A stretch of 64,000 nt of DNA, from contig CM082590.2 of the NCBI GenBank assembly GCA_040954595.2, forward strand, positions 5,146,001 through 5,210,000, in the 5' to 3' direction. The DNA is from Balanoglossus misakiensis (Eukaryota; Animalia; Hemichordata). Under the pieces are notes generated by a model that was given only the letters and a program-made list of their open reading frames with translations, ran no database searches and was not told where the DNA came from. How positions within the stretch are numbered: the first letter of the stretch is position 1; the number at the start of each line of letters is the position of its first letter. Of this stretch, positions 1 to 12,180 are shown piece after piece. The position numbers and the translations under genes are program-made.

Positions 1-12
1 CAACTTCGCCTC

Positions 13-611
13 CATAGGCGTAGGAACCAGGAGGGGGAGGGGTGGTCACTTGCCCCCCTCCAATTCTGAAATGTGTGTGTGGGGGGGGGGGGGGGGCAAA
101 GAAATACTTTTGCCCCCCCCCCCCAACTTTAGGGACAAAAAATTGCGGTTTCGAGATTGTTATATTACAAAATTTTCCAATGTCACGGGGGGACACCCCT
201 TCCCACACCCACCACTTTCATTCTTTCACACCTTTCATGTATTGCCTGGTGTACCTGCGCAGAGTACTTGCCCCCCCCCCCCCACCAATGGTAACTTTGA
301 GCGGCGAAGGCTAAATTTGACCTCCCCAACATAGTTGAGTTAATTTACTTTTGAGTTCATTAAAATGCAGCTTTGAGCTCTGTATTTAATAAAATTTTCT
401 AACGTGGGAAGGGGGCACCAACTCCCTAACCCACCGTTATCAATTCTACTAACTATTGTAATGACTTGTCGATTTAATTTGTTCATATATTAATTTAATT
501 ATTTTAATTTATTCATGTATGCAAATTTCCATTGTAAGTCATTCACCACCAGAATGTTGGTTACATTTTACCCCCCCCCCCCCAAACCATGAATTGCTCC
601 CTAAGCCCCTG
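13..611. mobile_element. Non-autonomous DNA transposon (hAT-like MITE) with poly-G/poly-C tracts and a 5-bp TSD
   Basis: Imperfect terminal inverted repeats CATAGGCGTAGGA (13-25) and TCCCTAAGCCCCTG (598-611). GCCTC flanks both ends (8-12 and 612-616). The short ORFs here are low-complexity artefacts. Confidence 0.55.
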
Positions 612-3123
612 GCCTCGCAAATTATTCGTACAATGTGCACTCTCATCCATTTGGGCTTAGATTATTCCTCAAATAATTTAGCGAAAACATATAAAGAAAA
701 TCATTTCAAACAAATGCTACACAATTTGAATGACGTCCAATGGGCTTTTCATTGTCCTATCATAGAACATTGAAAGGGTATATGAATAAGGCTTTCCAAC
801 AAAAGGTACTACATAATTAGATTTAAAAATTATTTTTCGCTTATAATGAATAAAGTACAAAGAAATTCTGAAAATATTGTGTCAATTTTATTCAAACAAA
901 ATTGCCAATATTGAAATGAATTCTTCAAATACATGTAATCAATAATTGAAATATCAACCTGTCTTCTTTATTAGTATATGTAGACATCTTAAAACACTAT
1001 CATTCTTATTAACATGCCCATAACATCATTGATGTAGTTTTTTTTTCAAACCAGTTGATGTTAATTTGTGTGTTTGTTTTTGTGTGGCATCTGTCTCTGC
1101 AATTTACATATTGTTTGAAAGACTCATAAACAGAGAGTTCAAATTAAATGAGGGGTAAATTCAGTATGTTCTAAAATAATTCAATACAAACAAAGTTGTC
1201 TTATTCATGACAGCTGTCCCTGACACAGATGTACACATGGCCAATACGGGCACTGGCTAAACACATCTGTTTGACCCACGTCTATTCACTTTACAAGTTT
1301 ATCTTCACACTGATAAACTAGGGATTGACCAACCAGGTTAACATATTCGGGGGAAAATGTGCTTAAAGCAGAGAAGGGATGCTTTTACAGGAACAACATC
1401 CAAAACAAAAGAATCAGATCAGACTGAATAATCCAAGCTGGCCAGTTTCTGTGTGGGGGGATATTTGTGAGGTGAATTTACAAGCTGGATACTTCACATA
1501 TTCTTTAAAACACAATGTAGAAAACGTACATACAAAAGGATTTTAAAAGGAAACATGACATTAACTGTGACTTGGGAGTATAACCAATTTGTGTGTATTG
1601 AACATACCTGTAGTGATAACAATAAGCTGTGGTTTAAGTATTTTATCGACAAAATTATCAGATTGTACAGATGGTCTTAGAACAACCTTGGTTATTGAGC
1701 TGTCTTAAACACAGAAACTCGTGAAGCTTTTTGTCCTATTACTAAATATTCAAGCAGATATTGTCATTGCAATTAACCTTGTCCCTGCTGGATCAATTGA
1801 TAAAGAGAACACTGAGTTAACATGAAATAAAGTCTGTCCCCACATGTCTGAGTAATGGTTCCATACAAAATGATTCACTGACAAATGAAATGTTATATTT
1901 AAGACAGCTGGTTTGGATCCAAGGGAAATGAAATGAAATCACTGTCATTTCTGACAAGATTGTTAGTACTTAGTACATCAATTAAATTTTGCATATATCA
2001 CGTGTTGATATGCATTATTGAAGACATTAAACTTGTGACAGATAAGCATTAAAACACCGTATACATTTTCAGAGAAAAAATACGAGTCACAAGAAACAAA
2101 AGGCAAGTATTATACTAACACACCAAAAACTGCCTTATATTGATAAACTTAGCCTGAAAGTTGCAAATGAATGTTATAATGGAAACATTCCTGATTCAAG
2201 AGGACATTAAAAACATGAAAATATTGATAGTTTTCAAAAAGTTACATAATTTTACATTGATGCACAATACATAAAAGTACTTGGTGTAAAGACAGACAAT
2301 CTCCTTCTCTCTCTATTAAACATAGATTTGGCTACACATCAACAGAATGTGTTCAATGTCAATTGTGGTATACTAGTCCATAAAAGACATCACCACTTAA
2401 AATGCAAATATAAATTGAGATACTGCAATCCAATTAACCTGGGTCATTTGATTATGTTACAAATGCAACCTCAAAGTGAATTCTCTCACAGGAAGATTGG
2501 AAGGCCACATTTTTGTTTATCAAATCATAGGATTGGTCTCTGCACAGAGGATACTGCATGAGCAGTGTACCCATCATATAGAGAGTGCTTACAATGTCAT
2601 TTCATCCATTTATCTGTGACCATGTTTTTTGGCCTATGAACATATGGTGAAGGAGCCTCTAACTCAAGATATGTTGTATAATTCCATACAGTCATTTAAA
2701 AACAATCCCTACCATCTCTAAACACAGATCAAACATGAAATATTTCATTATTTTGTCTAAATTTGACATTGTTGGAACTGTTCTGGGGATGTATCCGAAT
2801 AAAATGTATATAAGTAGTATTCCTTGTACTTGGAAATAATGTCACAACTCTGCCATTATACCTATATACACAATGGGAAATGCAGTTAATGTGTAGTACA
2901 TGTGTGGCCAGATCCAAATTCTGTAGTGTTTGGAATCTACCAGTCTTGCGCCCTCATGAGATGTTTGAGAGTACATTATGGATGCTAGGGTGTATTGATA
3001 GAAATGTTCGATTTATGTTTTGGTAACATTCATGCACATGTATTGTGGTATCACAGATACAATATCGTATGTTAACGTAGAGTATTGTGATAATCTTTGG
3101 GTGACACCCACATCAGTGTGTCT

Positions 3124-6100
3124 CTATCGATTACTTGCCAGCTCACAAAAGTGAGTTTCACAAACCCAAATGACACCTGTGCCATATGCTATTGGCAGAA
3201 GGCCTCCAAAATATCTGCCTTCATCAGTTTTACCGAGAAAGCGTTGGAAATCTCTGCGGTGTGGTGATGATTTCATCTTTTCTATCTCCTCCTTGGACAT
3301 TTGTATTGACTCTCTGGATATGTCATTCAATTCTGGATACTTGCTTCCAAAATCATCCAAGAATTCCGACAGTAAGTTACCTGCTTTCCCAGCGATTGCT
3401 GGAACTGCCTTTGCTGCTGTAGCAGCGATTGGATCTGGAATGAACTTCAACAAACCACCAGCTTTCTCAATGAACTTCAGAATTCTACACATATGTGGGC
3501 CATACTTCTTGAGAAACCCATTCACATTTCTAACTCGATATCCTGGGGAATCAATGAAATGCAACTGTTGTGGGTTTTCACAAAGCAAGTGGACTGCATA
3601 ACCATCAGAGAAGTGGGAAAACACATACTGTGTCAGTTGACCCACAACTGATAGGCTGCCTGTGTTAACCGACAACATAACAAAGTGACTTGGGCCGCGC
3701 ATGTCTTCTGACATGTCAAATATAGTCTGGGTAGTAATTGGTCTTTCTACTCCATGCCACTGTAGTAGGTCTAATCTGCTGTCAAATGTGTGACTCTGGA
3801 ATGTGGGGATGGAGCACATTAGACTGTTTCCTAACTGTTCCATGTTCCCAATCTCTGGTTCACGCTGAACGATACAGTGGGGGCATGATAGGGATTCCGG
3901 TACCTTCATATCAACATTCATGTACTGAGGGGTATGGAGAACATCCTTCATGATGCCTTGGAGTTGTTGCAGGAGACAACAAGCCTGTGGTCCCCTAACA
4001 CTGACAAGGATACTGTTGCTATGGTAAAGCAACTCAAACCGCACCTGGTGCCCGGCATCGACACTTCCATCAAAAGTACCTGACCTGACACATTCATCAC
4101 ATGGTTCCAACCTTACATTGCAAAGATACACAATGTTATTTCGTGTGTATGTGGGGTGAATTGGTTTCGCAAAGGTGGCACTGCTGTTCACTGCTACTAT
4201 TAGATCACAGAAAAAAATCGGAGGTAGAAACCCAAATCGAAAATGGTGACTAGCCTGTCTGTCTTTGGGATACAGGTACCACGCATCCTGTGATGGCTGG
4301 CCAACAAGTAACTTACAAGGAAACAGGTAACCCTTCTTAGAGTCCACTGATGTTTGCTCTTCGCCAAATGCAAAACAAATACGCAATGATGTAAAAACAT
4401 CTAAAAGTGAGCCACGATATTCACTTTCGATGTCTGCCCAGGCCTTTACCATGTTCTCCATTGACAGTATGCCATTGTTATCAATGAATTCCCCAGACCC
4501 ATCTTCCCTTGCATAAGATATCAGTGTCTTCAATTTATTAGCCAGCCAATGGGGATCGAGTACTACCAGCACTTGCAGACCCTTGTCTCCAGTTGTAGAT
4601 CTAGATGGATCAACCACTATGTCACCCTGACTACACAGAAAACTGGTTGCATTATCTAATGTCACACCCTTTTCAATTCCAATGTTACCAGCAATCTTCT
4701 GGTATTCCTTGTAGGTCATTACTGGGTTTGGACGTTTCAGTCGTTCTGAATTTAAGTTCACTCGCAAGAGATTCCACTTTTCTGGGATTTCTGGGCTTGT
4801 TGATTCCAAAAGATTATCACAAACCTTTGTTAGTGCTTTTTGCAACTGTGCAATGCTGTTATTTCTCTTGGAAAATGTCTGCTTTGGAAATGGTTTCTTG
4901 CTGCAAACCTCAAAATACCCAACAATATGTGGGCAAGAAGTCAGAGCTCTTCCTTCTGAAGGAGGCATTTGACTTTCATCAACCAATTCCTCATCACCAT
5001 CAATACTCACATATCCAGCTAATCCCTTAAACATACTCTTTCTTTTCAGCACATCTTGGTTCTGACACACTAAGCAATCTTTGCGCATATTTTGCCAGTA
5101 GTGCTTGCGATGTGTGTCTCTCATTTCAACAAGTGTATCATGAACCGTCTGCCAAATCAAGTCAAGCACAGCCCTGTTTAACATTGGCGCATCAGCATGG
5201 GTACCTACCAGAATAACTTGGGAATTTGGAGCATATGCAAACACAGTCTGCAACCACAATTTCATTCTCCCGATTTGATGTGAAGATGACACCTTGTTCG
5301 TTGTTGAACTAATGGCAAATTTGCTGAGGTCAAAGGTGACCAAAAAGACACTGTCATCTGTAATAAACAGTGAATGTGATTCCAGAAAGTCTACATCCCC
5401 AGCAAAATCAAACACGGTCAACTTAATATCTCTCTCTTTGAGATTTATTTCCGAGATGTCTATGCCATCAGTTTTCTGCACGTCTGATAATTCACCCTTC
5501 AATGCTTGCACTAGAGTTGTTTTTCCTACACCTTCATGACCAACAAGAACTACCTTGACATTCCTATTAGGCAACGTCTTTGTGTTCAGAAATTCCTTCA
5601 GGTAAGACAAGACAGCTTTCTTACCACCCCTTAGAATTTCACGTGGTATGTTTATGGATGGATTTCCTTCTATGCTGATGTATTCACAATCAACAAGTTT
5701 GCTCAACGATGGTGGTATTCTCTTAATTGAATTGTTACTCACATCCAATATTGATAAACCAGGAATTGAACCGATGTCCTCCTGCAGATCAGTCAAACCA
5801 TTGTTATTTAAGAACAACTGTTTAACACTCCCACAAGCTACATGTAATTTGTTTACTTTCATACTGTCTGCTTGAGGAGATCTTTTCACTTGGAGGGTAC
5901 AGTAACATACATTCAGTATTTCAAATGACCCAGAATGTTGGATAGACCATGGTACAGGGATCTTAGTATCAATGCAGGTGAAATACCTAGCTGAGGGCAA
6001 AAGCCAACCAGTCACTTTCTCGGGATCAAAAGACTTAACACTGATTAAAGTGAGACTTTCCGATACCTTTATGTTTCTCACCTCCTTGATGTCGACATTA

Positions 6101-6321
6101 CATAACACCAATGAACTTATTTCTCTACCCTTCATAAGTACATCTAACCTTGATAGCGCTTTGCTGTCACCAACGACAACTGCATTTACTTTTTCGCCTC
6201 TGTTGTAAACAGCTGTCAACTTCTCACCCAAAGTGTCATATGACAAGTCGAGGACTTCATGCGTCAAATCGGATTTTTCAACTAAGATTGGTCCCATCTT
6301 TCCAGCTTTGAGTAACGCTTT
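3124..6321 (-). CDS. Terminal exon (exon 6) of an ANK-LRR-Roc-COR (ROCO family) protein: LRRs, Roc GTPase, COR and a C-terminal domain; no kinase
   Basis: 1057-aa ORF with LRRs (LFLNNNGLTDL, LDVSNNSIKRIP, ISIEGNP), P-loop GHEGVGKTT, switch I TDGIDI, G3 DFAG, G4 GTHAD, and COR motifs IPEKW, VLDPHWL, YLFPCKL, FLPPIFF. Acceptor ttttttccag lies at 6322; the 24 nt before the ATG read in frame (KALLKAGK). Confidence 0.93.
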   Translation of the reverse strand, partial: KALLKAGKMGPILVEKSDLTHEVLDLSYDTLGEKLTAVYNRGEKVNAVVVGDSKALSRLDVLMKGREISSLVLCNVDIKEVRNIKVSESLTLISVKSFDPEKVTGWLLPSARYFTCIDTKIPVPWSIQHSGSFEILNVCYCTLQVKRSPQADSMKVNKLHVACGSVKQLFLNNNGLTDLQEDIGSIPGLSILDVSNNSIKRIPPSLSKLVDCEYISIEGNPSINIPREILRGGKKAVLSYLKEFLNTKTLPNRNVKVVLVGHEGVGKTTLVQALKGELSDVQKTDGIDISEINLKERDIKLTVFDFAGDVDFLESHSLFITDDSVFLVTFDLSKFAISSTTNKVSSSHQIGRMKLWLQTVFAYAPNSQVILVGTHADAPMLNRAVLDLIWQTVHDTLVEMRDTHRKHYWQNMRKDCLVCQNQDVLKRKSMFKGLAGYVSIDGDEELVDESQMPPSEGRALTSCPHIVGYFEVCSKKPFPKQTFSKRNNSIAQLQKALTKVCDNLLESTSPEIPEKWNLLRVNLNSERLKRPNPVMTYKEYQKIAGNIGIEKGVTLDNATSFLCSQGDIVVDPSRSTTGDKGLQVLVVLDPHWLANKLKTLISYAREDGSGEFIDNNGILSMENMVKAWADIESEYRGSLLDVFTSLRICFAFGEEQTSVDSKKGYLFPCKLLVGQPSQDAWYLYPKDRQASHHFRFGFLPPIFFCDLIVAVNSSATFAKPIHPTYTRNNIVYLCNVRLEPCDECVRSGTFDGSVDAGHQVRFELLYHSNSILVSVRGPQACCLLQQLQGIMKDVLHTPQYMNVDMKVPESLSCPHCIVQREPEIGNMEQLGNSLMCSIPTFQSHTFDSRLDLLQWHGVERPITTQTIFDMSEDMRGPSHFVMLSVNTGSLSVVGQLTQYVFSHFSDGYAVHLLCENPQQLHFIDSPGYRVRNVNGFLKKYGPHMCRILKFIEKAGGLLKFIPDPIAATAAKAVPAIAGKAGNLLSEFLDDFGSKYPELNDISRESIQMSKEEIEKMKSSPHRRDFQRFLGKTDEGRYFGGLLPIAYGTGVIWVCETHFCELASNR

Positions 6322-6984
6322 CTGGAAAAAAAGAACACATCCGATAAATCCCTTCAGTATCTAACACATGAACAACAGTATACTACACTTTGAATATTCA
6401 TTAATATGTTCTTTGCGGACGTAGTTTCTCTTTCTGGATACGTGTACTCGTGCAATCATTCTTTAGTCTACATAAAGAACGCATTCTATGAATCCAGTAC
6501 AAACACGACAGTTTGTACATACGATACATCAATTCATTTGTTAACATGTATGATTCAGAGAGCCTTGTTAGACTCTTAAACAGTTACTATTCTTTGATTC
6601 ACTTTATTCCGTTGTTCTTCTGTAGTTTCTCTTTCTGGATAGGTGGACTAATAATCTTTCATGCATAATGTGCATGCCCTATGCTCATTCATATCATGTT
6701 GCTTGATTCTGATTGCCATACATGTACCACGACAATTGCTATTACTTCTTTACAGGGTACTGTGACGAACGAAGATGTAGTCCCACTTTGTAGGTTTCTG
6801 CACTAACATTGTTGCATGTATTAGGTATGAAAATCTAAATTCCTACATCTTACATGATACATGATGCTATAAGTAGGTTCATATTGCCATACAAGTACTG
6901 CGGAATTTCTTTCTGTGTGTGGAGATGTGGGGAAATTGTACAGATAACATATCAATAGTACTGATATATAAAATGGGAATTCAC

Positions 6985-7050
6985 CTTGGTTGATAGTGAT
7001 ACACGGGAATATGACAGCAATGTCAACAGCATTGTCCCCTTATTGTATAG
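6985..7050 (-). CDS. ROCO gene exon 5 (LYNKGTMLLTLLSYSRVSLSTK), second half of a degenerate ankyrin repeat
   Basis: 66 nt, open in phase 0. Acceptor ttcttctttcaacctgtag, donor AAG|gtgaat. Joins exons 4 and 6 in frame. Confidence 0.65.
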
Positions 7051-7725
7051 CTACAGGTTGAAAGAAGAATACACATAGTTTATGAAATATATCAATGTCT
7101 GAACCTCTTCTTTTGATAATGATATACTTATATTTTTCATCTCAGGAAATATGTGAATAAACCTAGCATAAATGTGTCTAAACATTTACAAAGCATTACC
7201 AATCGCTCAGAATTGTGTTGACACAAATCGATCATTGCAGTGTATGAGTTAAACATCAGAAAATCTGCATGGCCTGCTTTATTCTGCTTTTTTCTGTTCG
7301 CGTGTGATTAATTGTACATTTGCCGTAAACAAAAGTGATATTATCGGATAAACAATGAAACATTAACCATAATACTTTATATTTCATATTGTTTTTATTT
7401 TTTGAGACGGGTTGGCGGGACAGACTAAGCATCTTATGGGTTTCTGTGTCTGAAATGTTGGAACTGATATTTTGATGTGCAGTAGTCTGTCAGCGGTAAT
7501 TTTATCCAGAGTAGGCTTTTTGAGCTTATTTAATTCTATTCAAGTTCCCAGCCTGTGAAGAAGCTTGACTCCGACATTAGAACGTCTGTCCTACCAAACA
7601 CCATGTCCTCAATGTGCGTTTACAAGCAATTACAAGGAATTGCGGTGATGTTCTGTCTTTGACCAAGTGTTTTGATCAAGGATATAACACGACCACCACC
7701 ATGTCTGGACTTGATAGATACATAC

Positions 7726-7767
7726 CTTAAACTCTTCTACTGCTAAATCCAAAGGGGTTTTGCCACC
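7726..7767 (-). CDS. ROCO gene exon 4 (GGKTPLDLAVEEFK), start of an ankyrin repeat
   Basis: 42 nt, phase 0. Acceptor tcttatattttag, donor AAG|gtatgt. Contains the canonical ankyrin GxTPLxxA motif. Confidence 0.85.
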
Positions 7768-8750
7768 CTAAAATATAAGAAGCCATATAACAGAGTTTAT
7801 CGCTTGTTTTTTCTTGTTTGTCTGTCAGATCTACAGAAATGTTTATCTGGACAGCTTGAAGTCGGTCAGTATGCAAGAGAATACCTTTAATGTTATAATA
7901 TAAGGCACACAAAAACAGTGCTTATGAATTATAAGCACTGTTCGTTATAAACTAGTCTAGCGCTTGCCAAAGCTCGCAAAATATTGTCTGTGCATGAATG
8001 CACTGGCAAGTAACATGGCTACGAGCGCGACCAACGTAATGCCATGTTTCTTCTTGTCACAGTCTGGTTTATGTTTGTTAAAGCTGTAATAAAAGGATCA
8101 TTTCCCACTGGCCAAAACTGTACACGTGGTTTGGATGTCTAAAGTTAAGTTGTCTACAACTTCACCGCAATCGAATGAAAACAAAACAAGAATAATTTCC
8201 ACAAAGTCAGCCAGCATGTTGGGGAGCCACAATAATCTTATAAACTCTCACGCCAGATAACCATCCACCTGAAGTACCCGATAATATCAACCGAAAACTG
8301 GGTGATAAACGTTGCAATTTCGCGGATGTACGCAAAAAATTCAGGAATGACACTAAATTCTTGCCTACGTGCGAAACTTAAACAGGAAGAGTCAGTTGTG
8401 TCCACAATGCAAATTAAAAAGTCCCCCGGACCGCCATATTTTAAGCGAATTTCAGGTGGTCACCGATTCCACTAAATGACAATAAATCACCAAACGAAAC
8501 TATGTTTCAACTCTCTTAGAAAACACATGGCCGACAAATGTTAATATACAAGAGAATACAACAAATGTAACGGATAGCCTCACACTTCACTGTGTGAAGC
8601 GCGTCGGGGATCTACTTCAGCGACTACGTATAATACTCAGACGTCCATTCTACCTTACTTCACCGCTAGTGGCGCCCTGCAACAGCCAATTTTACTTTGG
8701 CGTCAGTCACTTGGAAGTGAAGTAATGCAGTTTTCATCAAGTCTTATTTG

Positions 8751-10133
8751 TTTTTAGGTCCCATTGGTTTATACCATGGGACCTTATGGGATCGGTTGTG
8801 TCTGTATGTATGGATGGATGGATGGATGTGTAGATGCAGGCAGGGCTGTAGATCGGAGTTTGTTCAAATGAAGGTGTCATTGCCAAAATATGCAAATTAG
8901 CTGGGAAAAGGTGAAATTGGTCAAAAGTCAAAAACTCGACAACCACTGGTCATATTGATTTGAAAATTGGTATGCATGTACCTTATGTCAACGTCATACA
9001 GTCCTGTATGTTTTGAGCTAATATTATCGATTTCCTATGTTTATACATTTTTATGTATTTTTCCATGTTATTGGTAAAACTTCTTCATTTCTGAAAGTGA
9101 TTGGCCTTCTTCTTTGAAGTTTAGTATGAAGCTTCCTTAAGGTTGTCTGAGTAACCATAGTTGTGTTCCAATTGAGGCAAAATTTGCATATTTGTAATTT
9201 TGAGCAATTTTTGTCATTTTCGGTCAATTTTTTTTCTTTAAAACCGCATGCCAGATTGCTTTGCAATTTGGTAGGCATGTTCGCAGGGGTAACCTAAGTA
9301 ATATGTTGTAAAAAAATGTGATATTTGCATAAATGTGTTATCGGGGAAACTTTTGCAATTTTTGTCAAAAATTGTTTTCTCTGAAACCGCTTGTCACAAA
9401 AATAGCATTGAACTTTGGCAGGCATGTTCTTTGTAGTGATTGATGTAAGATATTGTACAATTTTGGTGATATTTGCATATTTGTCTTTTTGCCACTTTTG
9501 AACAAATATTTTCTGTAAAACTGCTTGTTGGGTTGCTTTGAAATTTGTTTTTTTTTCTCTGATTGCTTTGAAATTTAGGATATAATTTCATAACACATAC
9601 ATGTATATGTACAACTTTTATTCAATTCTGATATCAGAAATATTCAATATTTAGCGAGTTTTTTTGTAAGTTTCTTTGTTTTTGGTTAGCAAATCTTCTC
9701 CTAAACCAATTGTCCAGTTGTTTTTAAAGTTACTATTTACAAGGAGTTGTTACCCCGAACTAAAACATGTTTACATAACTTTAATAGGCCAGCTGTTACA
9801 GAGACCACCAGCTATTAAATGTTTAATTACCAGTGGCAGGTCAGTGTGTGTCTGTCTGTGTGTCTGTTCCAGGGCTGACTGAAAGAAGTTGCTTGTCATA
9901 TGTGTTTGTACAGACAATTTTTGGTCAAACATATTTTTTTCTAGCACCACTTGTATAACTGCCATGACACATGACAGTTTATTGGGCATGTTCCTTGTTA
10001 TTTGTTTACATTCCATATTTCTATGTGATTAGATCATATCTGCTTGCAATGTCACCTGTAATTTTTATTCTGGTGTATCCCTATTTCTGCGTAATCCTCC
10101 AATTGGACCACAGTGTCCTTGACGCTATTTTTT
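8751..10133 (+). mobile_element. Probable non-autonomous Helentron-associated (HINE/DINE-1/pearl-like) interspersed element
   Basis: Starts in a T-run with a subterminal inverted repeat GGTCCCAT...ATGGGACC (8757-8784), followed by a (TGGA)n microsatellite (~8803-8830). Degenerate internal repeats contain ATTTGCATA. Ends GGACCACAGTGTCC...TATTTTTT in a T-run. Confidence 0.5.
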
Positions 10134-11109
10134 TATCTTTAGGATTATGATCAACGAAAAACTAGTGCAGTCGAACTGTATTTGGCAAAGTTTCAGGGTA
10201 ACAATTTAATCGCCGTGATTTTTTCAAAGGGTTTAGTTAAAACCTGAGTGACGGGTATTGTACGGGCATTGCACATGTATGGTCATGTTTGGATTGACAA
10301 TGCCATAGGTGCTAATTTGTGTCCGTCTTCAGGACTATAGGCAACGAACAACCAATAAGTCTGAAACGCAATATCCTGAAAATGAGAGTGAGCGAAATTA
10401 TTTTAAGAAGTAAAGGTCGCCTGAGTTTAAGTTAATCAAGTCTTTGATACTTCAGGGGGAGTTGACCCTTTCCTGAGTCTGTCTTGATCATGGCAACCTG
10501 ATACAAAATCTTGTGTGTATGTATAAGGGCATTTCATTAGCTTGCCTTTATATATCGCTACAAGTCGTACATTAATTTTTAAAAGCATAGCAAGTCTAGA
10601 ATGTTTTCTGAGGTCTGGTCACGGTTGCGTTGTGATCATTCGCTCCTCGCGATCGAGTTTTTCCAGCATTTTGGTTTTCTCTATGTTCAGTGTGTCCATT
10701 TCCTTTTCCGGTCAGACACTGGAATTCCGCGTTTTCCTTGATTTGTCGATAGTTTTGTTCGAGATTTTATTTTTCTCTGCTGGGGGGGGGGGGGTTGGGG
10801 GGTGGGGGGTTCTCTCGGAGTAGGGTGTCAGAAGTGCCCGATCGAGTAGTTAGTTTTGTGCCCGGAAGGGGTGCCACCGTTTTGATTTTGAAAAGAAAAC
10901 AACTTGCCTGTATCACACGTAGAACGTAAACTTGTAAAGTGCGCACATTTGTACGCATCTGTTCCTTCCCAGGAAATCTTTGAGATTTGCTAAAATACTC
11001 ACTTCTACTATTGCTTTTTCATGAGATTATACACATGCCCTATATACATTATAATATTAAATGTTTAAACAATCTATAATTAAACAATAGACATTTATAT
11101 TTACAATAA

Positions 11110-12165
11110 TATAAATCTGCTGATCTTGATCTCACATTCAACAAAAACAAACAACACTTCCTGCTCTGACTGATTGATTTCTTTTTTTAATCTTGTGTAA
11201 ACACTGCATAATTATACAAGACAGGCTGTCATTGTTAAATAGGTTGTAAAGTCTGGGTTGTTGGGAACATGGCAGACGGATAGACGTTACCTATTTATTT
11301 TTATTTACCTATGTTCAAAAATGTGTGATATTGATAATAAAAGGTGTCAACTGATGTGTGAGTGCAGAATAGAAATTAGTGTGATTACATTAACTTACTT
11401 TATCCTGCACATCAACGCTGGCATTGGATTGCAGAAGAAGTTTCACCATGTCACCAGAGCCATTCCATGCTGCATAGTGTAACGGTGCCCAACCATACTG
11501 TGGGAATACAACAAAAAGGTGTCACTGAAAATCCATGACTATAAGTATAAGCGTAAAATGGAACACGCAATGCTTCATTAAGCATGCACTGTAAGACACA
11601 TTCTGAACATTCATTTGTGAGATGGCACAACATGTTTGCCGAAACTTTTTTTTGGGGGGGGGGGATAAATAAATAGTAGTCCAGTCCCCCATGTAATAGA
11701 CATGAATGCATGATGTGGTGATAGGGCAGTGTCCTTTGAGGGAACATTAACATCACATGTATTCTTTTACTTGAGATTTATGATACGCGCGTGAGATGTT
11801 TTCATTTGGAGATATCCTCTGTACAATACCTCAAACTGACAATGATCTAAATATTATAAAAGCCTAGACAGCAGTTTCATTACCCCTTAAAAGAGCATTG
11901 GAATTAGCCAATCAAAGAACGCCTATTATGAATCAAAGGTAAGAAATATGCGGAACCACTGTTGACATTCAAATGATTATGGTGGACTTCAGCCAGACAA
12001 CTTGTTTTTAGTCTCGCCAGCCAGACCTCTCTCTCTGTCATTCGACGGCATAGCCACACGAAGTGCGCCACGAGCGGTGAAGCCACAAGAATCGAGCATC
12101 GGAGACAACGTCGCCGCTTGTGGCGCCCTTCGTGTGCCTGGCCGCGACGTCGACGGATAGCGAGG
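11110..12165 (+). repeat. Copy 1 of a ~1.05-kb intronic direct duplication
   Basis: Colinear with 17460-18543, with long near-identical blocks (e.g. GTTTTCATTTGGAGATATCCTCTGTACAATACCTCAAACTGACAATGATCTAAATATTATAA). A short partial copy is at ~16597-16672. Confidence 0.9.
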
Positions 12166-12180
12166 TCTGGCAGGCGAGTA
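12009..12180. mobile_element. GC-rich foldback MITE
   Basis: Inverted ends CTCGCCAGCCAGACCTC and GAGGTCTGGCAGGCGAG, with internal inverted arms (CACACGAAGTGCGCCACGAGCGG / CCGCTTGTGGCGCCCTTCGTGTG). A truncated copy is at 18388-18543. Confidence 0.7.

Noticed and set aside
3170-6208. Plus-strand ORFs overlapping the ROCO exon
   Set aside because: Antisense shadows of the real coding frame.
6421-6641. 20-bp direct repeat GTAGTTTCTCTTTCTGGATA (6421-6440 and 6622-6641) as another long TSD
   Set aside because: There is no compositional shift or empty-site evidence; it is more likely a decayed tandem duplication.
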